From the IMG/VR virus record IMGVR_UViG_3300029107_000019: a stretch of DNA of 21,791 nucleotides. One strand, given 5' to 3'. Of the stretch, positions 1 through 9,981 are shown piece by piece. The stretch comes from a virus (lineage: Duplodnaviria; Heunggongvirae; Uroviricota; Caudoviricetes). Below the pieces are notes generated by a model, which saw only the letters and a list, made by a program, of their open reading frames with translations, was not told where the DNA came from and made no database searches. A program made the position numbers and the translations under genes. Numbering within the stretch: position 1 is the stretch's first letter; every line of letters starts with the position of its first letter.

Positions 1-123
1 CCTGAAGCAAACAAAGAAAAGAGTGACATTACTGAATTGCTCAGAAAACAGGTCAGACCAGATTGAAGCAATTTAGATAATCGTGCAGACTACGCCCCAT
101 CATATCACATGGAAGGTACTACA

Positions 124-534
124 ATGGCTCAGGTTGCCATTTTTAAACAAATATTCGATAAAGTGCGAAATAATTTAAACTATCACTGGTTTTATTCTGA
201 ACTAAAACGTCACAATGTCTCACATTACATTTACTATTTAGCCACAGAGAATATTCATCTTGTTCTTGAAAACGATAATACGGTTTTAATAAAAGGACAG
301 GGTAAGGTTGTAAATGTAAGATTTTCAAAAAATAAATGCCTTATAGAAGCCACCTTAAAAGGATTCAAATCAGGAGAGTTATCATTTTACGAATACAGGA
401 AAAATCTTGCTACAGCAGGGGTTTTCAGATGGATTACAAATATCCACGAAAACAAAAGGTATTACTATACCTTTGATAATTCATTACTATTTACTGAGAA
501 CATTCAGAACACTACACAAATATTTCCGCACTAA
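124..534 (+). CDS. DUF1398 family protein (YdfO/YbcV-like prophage protein)
   Basis: ORF 109-534; product from the second Met is 136 aa and matches my memory of E. coli YdfO/YbcV ([11 protein letters not shown]...[13 protein letters not shown]...TTQIFP). Start at 124 vs 109 uncertain. Not verified by search. Confidence 0.55.
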   Translation: MAQVAIFKQIFDKVRNNLNYHWFYSELKRHNVSHYIYYLATENIHLVLENDNTVLIKGQGKVVNVRFSKNKCLIEATLKGFKSGELSFYEYRKNLATAGVFRWITNIHENKRYYYTFDNSLLFTENIQNTTQIFPH

Positions 535-1109
535 ATCATAACGTCCGGTTTCTTCCGCGCCAGAACCGGACTCGCTGGCATGATGAAATATGTGTACCCG
601 GTAACCCCGGTGTGCATCGTTTTTGATTATTCCCGCACACTCACGCAGAAGGAATTCCCCGTCGGGCTACGGTCTCTGTTAATACGGGAATACGGCGACG
701 ATACAGCGCATGATGTGTCAGGCTTGAATACCTTTATCCTTTAAAAGGGATATCAGTTAAGTTATCCCGTGTAGGGTATAAGCCATTATCAAAGCCACTC
801 TGTAGGGAATGGCCTCTGCAATAACCGATGTCTTTCCATCAGTCCGCCACCACAAAGAATCTTTTTTGCCATAAGGCAGGAGGTTCATCTTTCAGTGGCT
901 GCCGGTGTTATTTCCCCACTTACTGGCTTGGGTTGTTTCGTGGTACTGCCGTTAACTGGTGGCGCACAGATTTAGTTAAATCCGTTCTCGCCTGAACTAT
1001 CTTTTACATACCCGGATTGTGGGGATGTAAATCACGGTTTCATTATCAAGCCCACCAGTAGATGGGCTTTGTAATGAAGAGTTGTTATGAAAATTGCTCT
1101 AAACAAGCA

Positions 1110-1598
1110 TTAATAGCCATCAGAAGTAATCGCTACAGATTTCAATCCCTCAATGTCATCCTTGGACAGGGCGAACCATTCACCGTGCTTTCTCTTTGCG
1201 GCAAATTTGCGATGAAGCATGTTTTCAGTTTCTCTTCCACCAGGGATCAGGCACTCAAGCTTCAAGCAGTCTGGTCCAGAGTTGCCAAGCGATTTGATGC
1301 GTTGTGGAATGTTGGATGAATACCCAATTTTGGTTAGCCCAGTTTTCTTCGATGACAAAACGTATACCTGAGGAGGTTCTTTTCTCTGGTCTTCCATTAC
1401 ACGTCTCATTGTTGCCATAAGTCCGCCGTGCATCAGCATTTCAACAAAGAACGCTGACCGAACACCTGACGACTTAAGCATGCCAGAAAATTCACTTGCC
1501 AATTCCATTAACTCTGCGATGTTTTCAGGAACTTTTTGGCAGTTATCTTCCTTGTATAAGGAAATCATTCTTTGAAGCTTTTCTTCTAATTGGTTCAT
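1110..1598 (-). CDS. T5orf172/GIY-YIG-like domain protein (moron at the bor position downstream of the spanins)
   Basis: ORF 1110-1634 starts at GTG; first ATG at 1598 gives 162 aa. C-terminal half (YVLSSKKTGLTKIGYS...LHRKF...GEWFALS) resembles the T5orf172/MUG113 motif pattern. Family call from memory. Confidence 0.45.
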   Translation of the reverse strand: MNQLEEKLQRMISLYKEDNCQKVPENIAELMELASEFSGMLKSSGVRSAFFVEMLMHGGLMATMRRVMEDQRKEPPQVYVLSSKKTGLTKIGYSSNIPQRIKSLGNSGPDCLKLECLIPGGRETENMLHRKFAAKRKHGEWFALSKDDIEGLKSVAITSDGY

Positions 1599-1803
1599 AG
1601 CGTCTTTACCTTTTAGAAAGTGAGCCTGTCTCACAGAAAAGCCGCCCCGAGATGGTCGCCACCATATACGGCAGTTCTCAGGCTCAACTTTCTGAAAGGC
1701 TCGGGTGATGTAATATGCGCGTGAGATGCGCTGTGAAATTCAGATGTAAAAAAAGCCCCGCATCGCGAGGCTCATTAAATGGACTTTGTGATTTGCAAAA
1801 AAA

Positions 1804-2262
1804 TTATTTCAGGCATTGCGTCCTGATGTATTCCTGCAGGTAGTTAACCTGCGCGGTTATCTTGTCGATTCCACTTCGGAGACGGTAATAATTGAGTTCA
1901 GCATCTGCTGTAAGTCCTGGGCTTTCTCCATCGCCCATGCCGCTGGCTCCGGTCGTTGACTTTGCACAGGTGGCGGCGACTTGCAGGCGCTTACGCCCAG
2001 CAGAAACATCAGCACGGAGACTTTCGATAGTCGCGTTAGCATCAGCAAGCTCCTTTGTGTATCTTGCGTCGAGTTCTGCTACATCACGTTGACGCTTCCG
2101 CATGTCAGCGATGGTGGCGTTCGCCTTCTCCAGTTCACTGGCCTTGTTATCGCGCTGCTCTTTGTAGGCGATTGCGTTATCACGGTAATGATTAACAGCC
2201 AATGACAGGCAGACGATGATGCAGATAACCAGAGCGGAGATAATCGCGGTTACTCTGTTCAT
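1804..2262 (-). CDS. Rz: Rz-type i-spanin (N-terminal TM helix plus coiled coil)
   Basis: ATG at 2262 overlaps the endolysin stop (ATGA); N-terminal hydrophobic segment [18 protein letters not shown] followed by charged coiled-coil region; position immediately after the endolysin. Confidence 0.75.
   Translation of the reverse strand: MNRVTAIISALVICIIVCLSLAVNHYRDNAIAYKEQRDNKASELEKANATIADMRKRQRDVAELDARYTKELADANATIESLRADVSAGRKRLQVAATCAKSTTGASGMGDGESPGLTADAELNYYRLRSGIDKITAQVNYLQEYIRTQCLK
1857..2042 (-). CDS. Rz1: Rz1-type o-spanin lipoprotein, embedded in the +1 frame of Rz
   Basis: ORF wholly inside Rz in another frame; signal peptide [20 protein letters not shown] with lipobox-like VSAC, then proline-rich stretch ([13 protein letters not shown]), as in lambda Rz1. 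Start (2042 vs 2009) uncertain. Confidence 0.6.
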   Translation of the reverse strand: MLTRLSKVSVLMFLLGVSACKSPPPVQSQRPEPAAWAMEKAQDLQQMLNSIITVSEVESTR

Positions 2263-2756
2263 TGCTGACCCCACAAACAGATTTCACGCTCAATCTCACG
2301 ACGAGTCATGAGACCTTTCCATTGCTTACCGCCAGCATATGTCCAGCGACGTAGCTGATCACATGCGCCTTTGATATCGCCCTGGTTTATTTTGCGAAGA
2401 AGCGTCGATGTTCTGAAATTGCCAGCACCCACGTTGTAAACGAATGAGTAAAGAGCGCCGCGCGTTGTTTCCGGTATATCGACTTTGATGTACGGGTTAA
2501 TTTGTCTGGCGACAGTGGCAAGGTCTTTATTCAAGAGTGCTTTGCATTCTGCTTTGGTATACGTTTTACCGAGCATGATGTCTTTTCCTGTATGCCCGTG
2601 ACATACAGTCCATACACCAACAATATCTTTGTATGGTATGTAGCTGACACCTTCCAGACCATCGTTACCACTTGGGCCAGTGATTAACACTGATGCTATA
2701 GCAATTGCTCCGCCACCAATAGCAGCAGCAACGGCTTTTCGTAATGATGGAGGCAT
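2259..2756 (-). CDS. R: SAR endolysin (phage 21 R-type lysozyme with N-terminal signal-anchor-release domain)
   Basis: 165 aa; N-terminal Gly/Ala-rich weakly hydrophobic SAR segment ([20 protein letters not shown]) followed by a lysozyme domain; near-identical to phage 21 R as I recall it; ATGA overlap with the holin stop. Confidence 0.9.
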   Translation of the reverse strand: MPPSLRKAVAAAIGGGAIAIASVLITGPSGNDGLEGVSYIPYKDIVGVWTVCHGHTGKDIMLGKTYTKAECKALLNKDLATVARQINPYIKVDIPETTRGALYSFVYNVGAGNFRTSTLLRKINQGDIKGACDQLRRWTYAGGKQWKGLMTRREIEREICLWGQQ

Positions 2757-2971
2757 TATTCACCTCTCGCAGCCTTGCGCTTATCTTCTTTAATCTTGAA
2801 ATAAAGGTTTGTCAGGTACGTCAGCAGGCCAAATACCAGGCTACCCAGCACACCTATTGCTGCCCACTGTGAGGGCGTGACTTTATCGAGCAGCTGTAAA
2901 AACCAGTAACCGGCACTACCTGCTGAGGTGCCATAGGCGACACCCGTTGTTAACTTATCCATGGATTTCAT
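2756..2971 (-). CDS. S: Class II pinholin, phage 21 S-type, with dual-start motif (MKSM: antiholin from Met1, holin from Met4)
   Basis: Product [26 protein letters not shown]...[20 protein letters not shown] (71 aa) closely matches S21; two TM segments; the ORF-track extension to 3016 begins at TTG and is probably not translated. Confidence 0.85.
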
Positions 2972-3559
2972 AACCCCACCTCGCAGACAAAGCGGGTGTA
3001 AATTGAGGGAATACAACGTATCGCAAAAAAGCAGAAACGTAACAGACTCGGAGTCAGTGAATAACTCAGGTATTGAGTTATCAGCTAATATCGAGACTCA
3101 AAAAATGGAAAAACCAGCTCGACGGCGGGTTTAAGCTGTGTGACGAAGTAACCACTCTTAACAGCATAACCAATTTTTTACGTACGTAAACCACTGAATG
3201 ATATTTATGAGAATGCTACCGAGTGTTCAAAACACCACCACAAATACATAAGAAAACCTCAACAAATAACCAATAAATAATTTCCGGCGTTATTTTTAGT
3301 TAATTTAAATTAAACCACCGAATTATAGACTCCCCATAAATAACAGCCATTAATATAAATTAGCTAATAGGTTTATTTTTGTTCAAATAAGAGCCATAAA
3401 TAGGTTTCGATAGAAAAAGTTCAGATAAAAATAGAGATCTACTTCACAAATTAAATGAGAAACTAAAACTTACATCTTGAAATAATCACATTGATTAGAT
3501 GAATATTTATCGCGCAGTGACATCATTTTTTAATAATAGTTCAAAAAAAAGGGCTCACG

Positions 3560-4657
3560 ATGAAAAAATTAACAGTGGCAATTTCTGCTGTAGCTGCATC
3601 AGTACTGATGGCGATGTCTGCTCAGGCAGCTGAAATTTATAATAAAGACAGTAACAAGCTGGATCTGTACGGAAAAGTTAATGCCAAGCACTACTTTTCC
3701 TCTAACGATGCAGATGATGGTGATACTACTTATGTTCGTCTGGGCTTCAAAGGCGAAACCCAAATCAACGATCAGCTGACTGGTTTCGGTCAGTGGGAAT
3801 ATGAATTCAAAGGCAACCGCGCTGAATCTCAAGGTTCCTCCAAAGACAAAACCCGTCTTGCATTTGCAGGCCTGAAATTCGGTGACTACGGCTCAATCGA
3901 TTACGGCCGTAACTACGGTGTAGCATACGACATCGGTGCGTGGACTGACGTTCTGCCAGAATTCGGTGGCGATACCTGGACCCAAACAGATGTGTTCATG
4001 ACTGGTCGCACCACTGGTGTTGCAACCTATCGTAACAACGACTTCTTTGGTCTGGTTGATGGTCTGAACTTTGCTGCTCAGTACCAAGGCAAAAACGATC
4101 GTAGCGATTTCGATAACTACACCGAAGGTAACGGTGATGGCTTCGGTTTCTCTGCTACCTATGAATACGAAGGGTTCGGTATCGGTGCAACTTATGCGAA
4201 ATCTGATCGTACCGACACTCAAGTTAATGCAGGGAAAGTTCTTCCTGAAGTATTTGCTTCCGGTAAAAATGCAGAAGTTTGGGCCGCAGGTCTGAAATAT
4301 GATGCTAACAACATTTACCTGGCCACTACCTATTCTGAAACCCAGAATATGACTGTATTTGCTGATCACTTCGTTGCTAATAAAGCTCAAAACTTCGAAG
4401 CTGTTGCACAATATCAGTTCGATTTCGGTCTGCGTCCGTCCGTTGCTTACCTGCAATCTAAAGGTAAGGATCTTGGAGTATGGGGCGATCAGGACTTAGT
4501 CAAATATGTTGATGTAGGTGCAACCTATTACTTCAACAAAAATATGTCTACTTTCGTTGATTACAAAATCAACCTGCTTGACAAAAATGACTTCACTAAA
4601 GCACTCGGTGTAAGCACTGATGACATCGTTGCTGTAGGTCTGGTTTACCAGTTCTAA
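3560..4657 (+). CDS. Phage-encoded general outer-membrane porin (OmpC/OmpF/NmpC/Lc family), lysogenic-conversion gene
   Basis: 365 aa; signal peptide ending [10 protein letters not shown]; mature N-terminus ([17 protein letters not shown]), internal motifs ([40 protein letters not shown]) and C-terminal ...VGLVYQF typical of enterobacterial trimeric porins; AAGGG RBS before ATG; sits between Q and S in opposite orientation as nmpC does in DLP12. Confidence 0.9.
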   Translation: MKKLTVAISAVAASVLMAMSAQAAEIYNKDSNKLDLYGKVNAKHYFSSNDADDGDTTYVRLGFKGETQINDQLTGFGQWEYEFKGNRAESQGSSKDKTRLAFAGLKFGDYGSIDYGRNYGVAYDIGAWTDVLPEFGGDTWTQTDVFMTGRTTGVATYRNNDFFGLVDGLNFAAQYQGKNDRSDFDNYTEGNGDGFGFSATYEYEGFGIGATYAKSDRTDTQVNAGKVLPEVFASGKNAEVWAAGLKYDANNIYLATTYSETQNMTVFADHFVANKAQNFEAVAQYQFDFGLRPSVAYLQSKGKDLGVWGDQDLVKYVDVGATYYFNKNMSTFVDYKINLLDKNDFTKALGVSTDDIVAVGLVYQF

Positions 4658-4675
4658 TCTGATTACGAAAAAGAT

Positions 4676-4707
4676 ATGTTGCGGGAGGCTTTGCCTCCCC
4701 AACATAT
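4676..4707 (-). terminator. Hairpin terminator: candidate tR' for the short late-promoter transcript (also the 3' end of the porin gene)
   Basis: Perfect inverted repeat atatgttg-cgggaggc-ttt-gcctccc-caacatat; on the minus strand it is followed by a U-run (cuuuuucg). Seen in sequence. Confidence 0.5.
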
Positions 4708-4795
4708 AAGTGGCTCCCTCAAGCCACTTCCTTTAGGAGCACAACCTTGCTTCTAACTATATAAACCTTCTGTTATATATTACCCTTTATTTTTG

Positions 4796-4830
4796 GGGGC
4801 GTTGCAACGCCCCATTTTTAATAATTTTTA
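4796..4830 (+). terminator. Intrinsic terminator-like GC hairpin plus T-tract downstream of the porin gene; overlaps the candidate late-promoter region on the opposite strand
   Basis: ggggcgttgcaacgcccc hairpin followed by atttttaataattttta on the + strand. Confidence 0.5.
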
Positions 4831-4846
4831 GTAAACAATTGGCATA

Positions 4847-5230
4847 TTAATTAGAGTTATTAACAACGATATCCATCTCTAACCGGATATCTAATGCCAT
4901 TAACATCCCTTCAATTATGCCCTCAGCCTTCTGTAACCTTTTCCCGATATAACCATCAGAGCAGCAATGCTTACCTGCCAGTGACATGAATGTCATACCG
5001 ACTACATAATAATCTACTAATAAATCGTGCAAATCGCTGTTGTTCTTTTTCAGACGGGCCATGCACCCGCAAATGATCATCGCGTCATCGTCACAACATT
5101 GCGGGCGAGATTTTACTTTTGAAGGAATTAATCCCTTAAAACCGGCGGCAATGGACGACCAGGTCACATCTTCATGATTATTAGCCGCCCACGCTCCCCA
5201 ACGCTCAAGAACCATCTGAATATCACGCAT
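4847..5230 (-). CDS. Q: Late-gene antiterminator Q (phage 82/DLP12 QuuD type)
   Basis: 127 aa from the ATG at 5230 (ORF-track start at 5245 is TTG); matches my memory of DLP12 QuuD ([21 protein letters not shown]...); Cys-rich zinc-binding region ([12 protein letters not shown]). Confidence 0.85.
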   Translation of the reverse strand: MRDIQMVLERWGAWAANNHEDVTWSSIAAGFKGLIPSKVKSRPQCCDDDAMIICGCMARLKKNNSDLHDLLVDYYVVGMTFMSLAGKHCCSDGYIGKRLQKAEGIIEGMLMALDIRLEMDIVVNNSN

Positions 5231-5315
5231 CAACTTACTCCACAAAACTCAGACCAGAACGCCAATTACAAGCAAAAATCAACAAAACAGTATTAGTTGA
5301 TTGTTATCTCTGACT

Positions 5316-5453
5316 TCATACTCCTGCTCCTGTCAGTGTTTTGGCGTAATTCTTCAGTATTCGGTAATCGGTCAAAACAGAGCCGGGGAAACGATATAAG
5401 CGCAGACGCCCCCAGCGGTGGCGAAGAAGTTCTGCCATATTAAACTCAAACAT
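5316..5453 (-). CDS. ylcG: YlcG-like small nin-region protein (45 aa)
   Basis: Translated by hand: [45 protein letters not shown]; start overlaps the rusA stop (TGATG); below the ORF-track size cutoff. Confidence 0.65.
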   Translation of the reverse strand: MFEFNMAELLRHRWGRLRLYRFPGSVLTDYRILKNYAKTLTGAGV

Positions 5454-5815
5454 CATTCATTCCCCATTTCGGTGATGGTCAGTTCCAGCCTCCCACCTTT
5501 GGTAACAGGCATCTTCACAACGCGGTAATCAACGACCTGAGCATCATCCAGCCAGAAACCTGCTTTAGTGAGTGCGTCAAAAGCGGCTTTTTGCAGATTA
5601 TCCAGGTCACGGCTACGGCGATCCGGCATGTGGCACTCAATGCGGATTTTCACAGGCATAGCCAGGCCGATATCCAGCATTGCGTTTTTAATGATTCGGG
5701 CGACGTTATCGCGGTATGCCTGCCCCTCTGCACTGACGTGCGTGCGCCCGCGATTATGGCGGTAATAGCGATTATTGCTCGGAGGCCAGGGTAATGTGAT
5801 ACTGTAGGTATTCAC
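5453..5815 (-). CDS. rusA: RusA Holliday-junction resolvase
   Basis: 120 aa; matches RusA of DLP12 as I recall it ([35 protein letters not shown]...); GTG start overlapping the upstream gene's stop. Confidence 0.9.
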   Translation of the reverse strand: MNTYSITLPWPPSNNRYYRHNRGRTHVSAEGQAYRDNVARIIKNAMLDIGLAMPVKIRIECHMPDRRSRDLDNLQKAAFDALTKAGFWLDDAQVVDYRVVKMPVTKGGRLELTITEMGNE

Positions 5816-6102
5816 GCCTTAATAACCCCCTCTTTCAGCCAGATAACCTGTGTTCTCGCCATACCTTCCAGCGCGCATTCTTTTGCATATGCAGCATCGA
5901 CAAAATGTGTGCGGCGGTCGATTTCGTCGTGGCAGGCAGAACATGCAATGGTGGCAATCAGGTCTGGCGGTTTGATACCGGTACCGCACAATCCAGCCAG
6001 CCGGATATGTGCCAGTACAGACGTTTCAGAATTGCCATTACATACGCCAGGGATTCTTACCTGGCATTCCCGACCACGCGCTGCTTTTCTCAAATCAGCC
6101 AT
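5812..6102 (-). CDS. ybcO: YbcO-like nin-region protein (DUF1364, putative nuclease), 96 aa
   Basis: From [23 protein letters not shown]... with Cys-rich motif; the ORF-track N-terminal extension to 6141 is probably not translated. Confidence 0.75.
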   Translation of the reverse strand: MADLRKAARGRECQVRIPGVCNGNSETSVLAHIRLAGLCGTGIKPPDLIATIACSACHDEIDRRTHFVDAAYAKECALEGMARTQVIWLKEGVIKA

Positions 6103-6265
6103 GATTCCTCCTTGCTGCCAGTCGCAACCATTTTTTATCAACCAGGCTAGCGGTATATCCGAGCAGTGTTGGTATTTCGGATGGCTTCAGCTCAGGCTTA
6201 CGCTTACGACGATTTGATACTCTGTAGATGTGTCCGTTCATGACACGAATAAGCGGTGTAGCCAT
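6095..6265 (-). CDS. ninE: NinE-like protein (56 aa)
   Basis: Translated by hand: [56 protein letters not shown]; the YTA.L.D..WLR motif resembles lambda NinE; ATG overlaps the ybcN stop (TAATG). Confidence 0.6.
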   Translation of the reverse strand: MATPLIRVMNGHIYRVSNRRKRKPELKPSEIPTLLGYTASLVDKKWLRLAARRNHG

Positions 6266-6720
6266 TACGCCTCCTGCTTGTCGCGGAGCAGCTGGAACTC
6301 GCAGCTCTGCGGAATAGTCAGGTGGCAGCCAATATTCACCGCCCAGGCTTCAACCTTACACAGGAAGACATACATCTCTCCGGTATCAAGATCGGAGGTA
6401 TGGCGTAACGACTGGATAGTGGTGATATCACCGGTTACGACATCAACCAGGTCTTTGGTTTCATAACCGAGATATGTGTGTTTGAGAGCATCTTTTACCC
6501 AAGCTGGAGTGGCGAACGTTTTACCCCTGCTGATGAGGTATTCACTGATTTCGCTGTACCACATGTGGCTGAGTGCATTCTGGGAAAGACTGCGTTTCTC
6601 ACGCCACGGTTTAAGCACCATGCGAAAGCATTTTCCGTTCTCCAGATAAGGCTGGATCTGCTGGCCGATAGCGATGAAGTTACCGCGATGCAGTTTGATG
6701 CCATCTTGTGGTAGGTTCAC
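6265..6720 (-). CDS. ybcN: YbcN-like nin-region protein (DLP12 YbcN family, reported DNA base-flipping protein)
   Basis: 151 aa; matches DLP12 YbcN as I recall it ([15 protein letters not shown]...[14 protein letters not shown]); GTG start. Confidence 0.8.
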   Translation of the reverse strand: MNLPQDGIKLHRGNFIAIGQQIQPYLENGKCFRMVLKPWREKRSLSQNALSHMWYSEISEYLISRGKTFATPAWVKDALKHTYLGYETKDLVDVVTGDITTIQSLRHTSDLDTGEMYVFLCKVEAWAVNIGCHLTIPQSCEFQLLRDKQEA

Positions 6721-6907
6721 GCTTCACCTCCGTAGAGGTGAAACGCTGGATACAATATATCGCAGGTGCATTTCTGCATCTGTGGAGGGAGAAGAGAGTT
6801 TGGATTGTGTGTGCGCATAAACGTCCCCGTTTAGCGCAGAAGTCACCGGAGTTGTTCAGGCTCCGATGACATGATTATGGCGAGTTGATTATCGCAAATC
6901 AAAGGTT

Positions 6908-7264
6908 TTAATTGTGCTTTATTCCTTCAAGCATTGCCTTCATACCAACCAAAGAAATGTTTAGCTCTTCAACTTTCTCAGGGCTATATAATTCAGAATG
7001 AAGCCAATATTCTGATTTATCTAAACATCTTTTAGCCAGCTCTCGATCAAAGTCTACGACTTGGGAAGACGCTTCATACCAAAGCCTATAAAGTTTTTCT
7101 TCTTCGTTTGGGTTATTAGGCTCACCACGTTTTAATTTTTCAGTATATAAAATTGTTGAACAAATCGCAGGAGTTAATCCAGTGATTGCCCTCTGCCGCA
7201 GATCGGATTTGTTTGTTATCCACCCCAACAGACGATCTCCCATCCATGTGATAATTGTATCCAT
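6908..7264 (-). CDS. Hypothetical protein, 118 aa (AT-rich accessory gene in the nin region)
   Basis: ATG at 7264 preceded by AAGAAGGG Shine-Dalgarno; no family recognised; lower GC than flanking phage genes. Confidence 0.6.
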   Translation of the reverse strand: MDTIITWMGDRLLGWITNKSDLRQRAITGLTPAICSTILYTEKLKRGEPNNPNEEEKLYRLWYEASSQVVDFDRELAKRCLDKSEYWLHSELYSPEKVEELNISLVGMKAMLEGIKHN

Positions 7265-7710
7265 GCTTTAGCCCTTCTTAGTAAATAGTGTGTAGGGCGA
7301 CTGAAGGACCGAGTTTATGCTTTTTCGCATTGCTTTCAGTTAGTACACCGGTATCGCACCGGAAACAATCCTACGGCAAATTGGTTGTCTGACCTCTCGG
7401 TTTTTCGTGCATTAACCGATACCCACTACAGTCTCGGCGAAAGCTGCACACCCCCAGGGTGTACTGGTAGCACTCGGCACAGCCTAGCACGCCACTTTCT
7501 TCTCACTATCCAGTCTAATTTTATCCCCTAGTCAGACACTCAGATGTAGTGCTCCGCAGCGGCATGCGGGGGAATACAAAAACTCGGACAAAATTGGGTC
7601 CTCCTTTTTGAATCACTCGCGGGGATGTAGTTATTAATGTAGTGGCATAGTGAATTTGGCCACCTGAATAGAGGTGATATCATCACCTCATAGTCAAAAC
7701 AGGTGACATT

Positions 7711-8885
<1,175 letters not shown>

Positions 8886-8984
8886 CCACTACATAATACA
8901 TGGAAAAAGATCTGTTTTCAAATCCAACATTATATGGTTTCAATACCACGGGGTGGCTATGTGTTTCTCATTGTTAATTGGAAT

Positions 8985-9653
8985 CTACTGTAATCGATCC
9001 GAACGTAAATGCGGCAAAACTCGACTCCACTTATCATCCTGCCACGGCCGGAATTTTACATGTGCCGTTTCTCTGGCAAGGATTGCCTGTGCCTTATTGA
9101 GTATCTGGGGATATTCTTGCTCGATAGAAGTGAAGCGACCAGCTTCACGATGCTCCGCAACCTGAAGAAGAGGAGTAACGTTCTGGCAGGCGGTTAACAT
9201 CGCATCCCCAGCTCGCCACAACCAAGCAAGTGTGCAAAGTTCGTTATCAGTGAATTGTTTTATGATTGGGGATTGTTGAACTTCTCGATCGAGAATATCC
9301 AGAACCCAACGGCGGAACTCTTTGGCTACAGGAGTGCGGGCGAACATGGCGATCAAATGGGCTCCGCGGAGAGAGAAAACGCGTACTTTCTTCTTCAAGT
9401 TTCGAGTACTTTTCGAGGTACTCAGATCAAGTACCTCGACATCATTCTCTAAGGTACTGACTTCAAGCACTCTAGTCATACTACTGGAAAATTCGTCAGC
9501 ATATTTGTTGTAAATCATCGTGACTGCGCGACTATTCGAATACTTCAGTGCTCTTGCTAGGTTGGATGAAGTTAGCCATATTCCGGCAATATTTGCCACT
9601 GGCACTAGTGCTTCACCTTGGAAGTTCAGATCTGATGTTGCTACAATACTCAT
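8985..9653 (-). CDS. ant: Antirepressor-like protein (Bro-N/Ant-type), immI-like module
   Basis: N-terminal Bro-N-like motif (FQGEALVPVANIAGIWLTSSNLARAL) and a VRVFSLRGAHLIAMFA...EFRRWVLDIL segment; sits directly downstream of an Arc-like gene as in P22 immI. ATG at 9653 has an AAGGAA RBS; the alternative upstream ATG at 9734 would overlap arc. Confidence 0.6.
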   Translation of the reverse strand: MSIVATSDLNFQGEALVPVANIAGIWLTSSNLARALKYSNSRAVTMIYNKYADEFSSSMTRVLEVSTLENDVEVLDLSTSKSTRNLKKKVRVFSLRGAHLIAMFARTPVAKEFRRWVLDILDREVQQSPIIKQFTDNELCTLAWLWRAGDAMLTACQNVTPLLQVAEHREAGRFTSIEQEYPQILNKAQAILARETAHVKFRPWQDDKWSRVLPHLRSDRLQ

Positions 9654-9723
9654 GTCGATATTTCCTTCGCGGTTATTTTCGATAGAAGCCCCTAAGGTTG
9701 CCGCCAGTGGGGCTTCGCTGTTT

Positions 9724-9882
9724 CTAGCGAGCATGTATCCGTGTTCTAAATTTCAATGCCCATACAAGCGCCTGAACAATAGCTGCGTTCTCAGACATCC
9801 CTTCCTCCTGAGCAATTCGCTTGAATTCATCCTTCACTTTTTGCGGATAGCGAAGGGTAATTTTTACCTCTTTCTTTTCCAT
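9724..9882 (-). CDS. arc: Arc-like ribbon-helix-helix repressor (52 aa)
   Basis: MEKKEVKITLRYPQKVKDEFKRIAQEEGMSENAAIVQALV resembles P22 Arc (N-terminal beta-strand FNLR-type motif plus SxNSxI-type helix); GAGG RBS. Confidence 0.6.
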   Translation of the reverse strand: MEKKEVKITLRYPQKVKDEFKRIAQEEGMSENAAIVQALVWALKFRTRIHAR

Positions 9883-9981
9883 TGACATAACCTCATGAGG
9901 CCACAATGACACCATGAGGCCATAATGCCACCATTGAATTGATGTGGCAATATGGCACCATTCATTTTTTTGGGGGGTTCA
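9883..9981. promoter_or_regulatory. Divergent promoter/operator region between the arc-ant and mnt-like genes (Pant/Pmnt analogue)
   Basis: Perfect 10-bp palindrome CCTCATGAGG (9891-9900) and direct repeats CATGAGGCCA(C/T)AATG(A/C)CACCAT; divergent gene arrangement. Confidence 0.5.

Noticed and set aside
143-328. 61-aa ORF on the minus strand inside the DUF1398 gene
   Set aside because: Antisense to a well-supported gene, AT-rich, no RBS context; likely spurious.
534-1110. 575-bp intergenic region scanned for tRNA genes (common near lambdoid lysis genes) and terminators
   Set aside because: No cloverleaf-compatible sequence with a T-loop GTTCRA-type motif found; the hairpins at 544-570 and 1046-1068 lack U-tracts. 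Cannot exclude a small RNA without a covariance search.
2756-3016. Longer 86-aa form of the holin ORF
   Set aside because: The extension begins at TTG and adds a non-conserved N-terminus; the MKSM dual-start at 2971 matches the S21 paradigm.
3599-4456. Minus-strand ORFs (77 aa and 187 aa) inside the porin gene
   Set aside because: Antisense to a strongly supported porin CDS; no independent support.
7350-7423. tRNA-like element suggested by a 7-bp terminal inverted repeat (ggtatcg...cgatacc) spanning 74 nt
   Set aside because: The interior lacks D-loop GG and T-loop TTCRA features and cannot be folded into a cloverleaf by eye; kept only as part of the structured-region finding.
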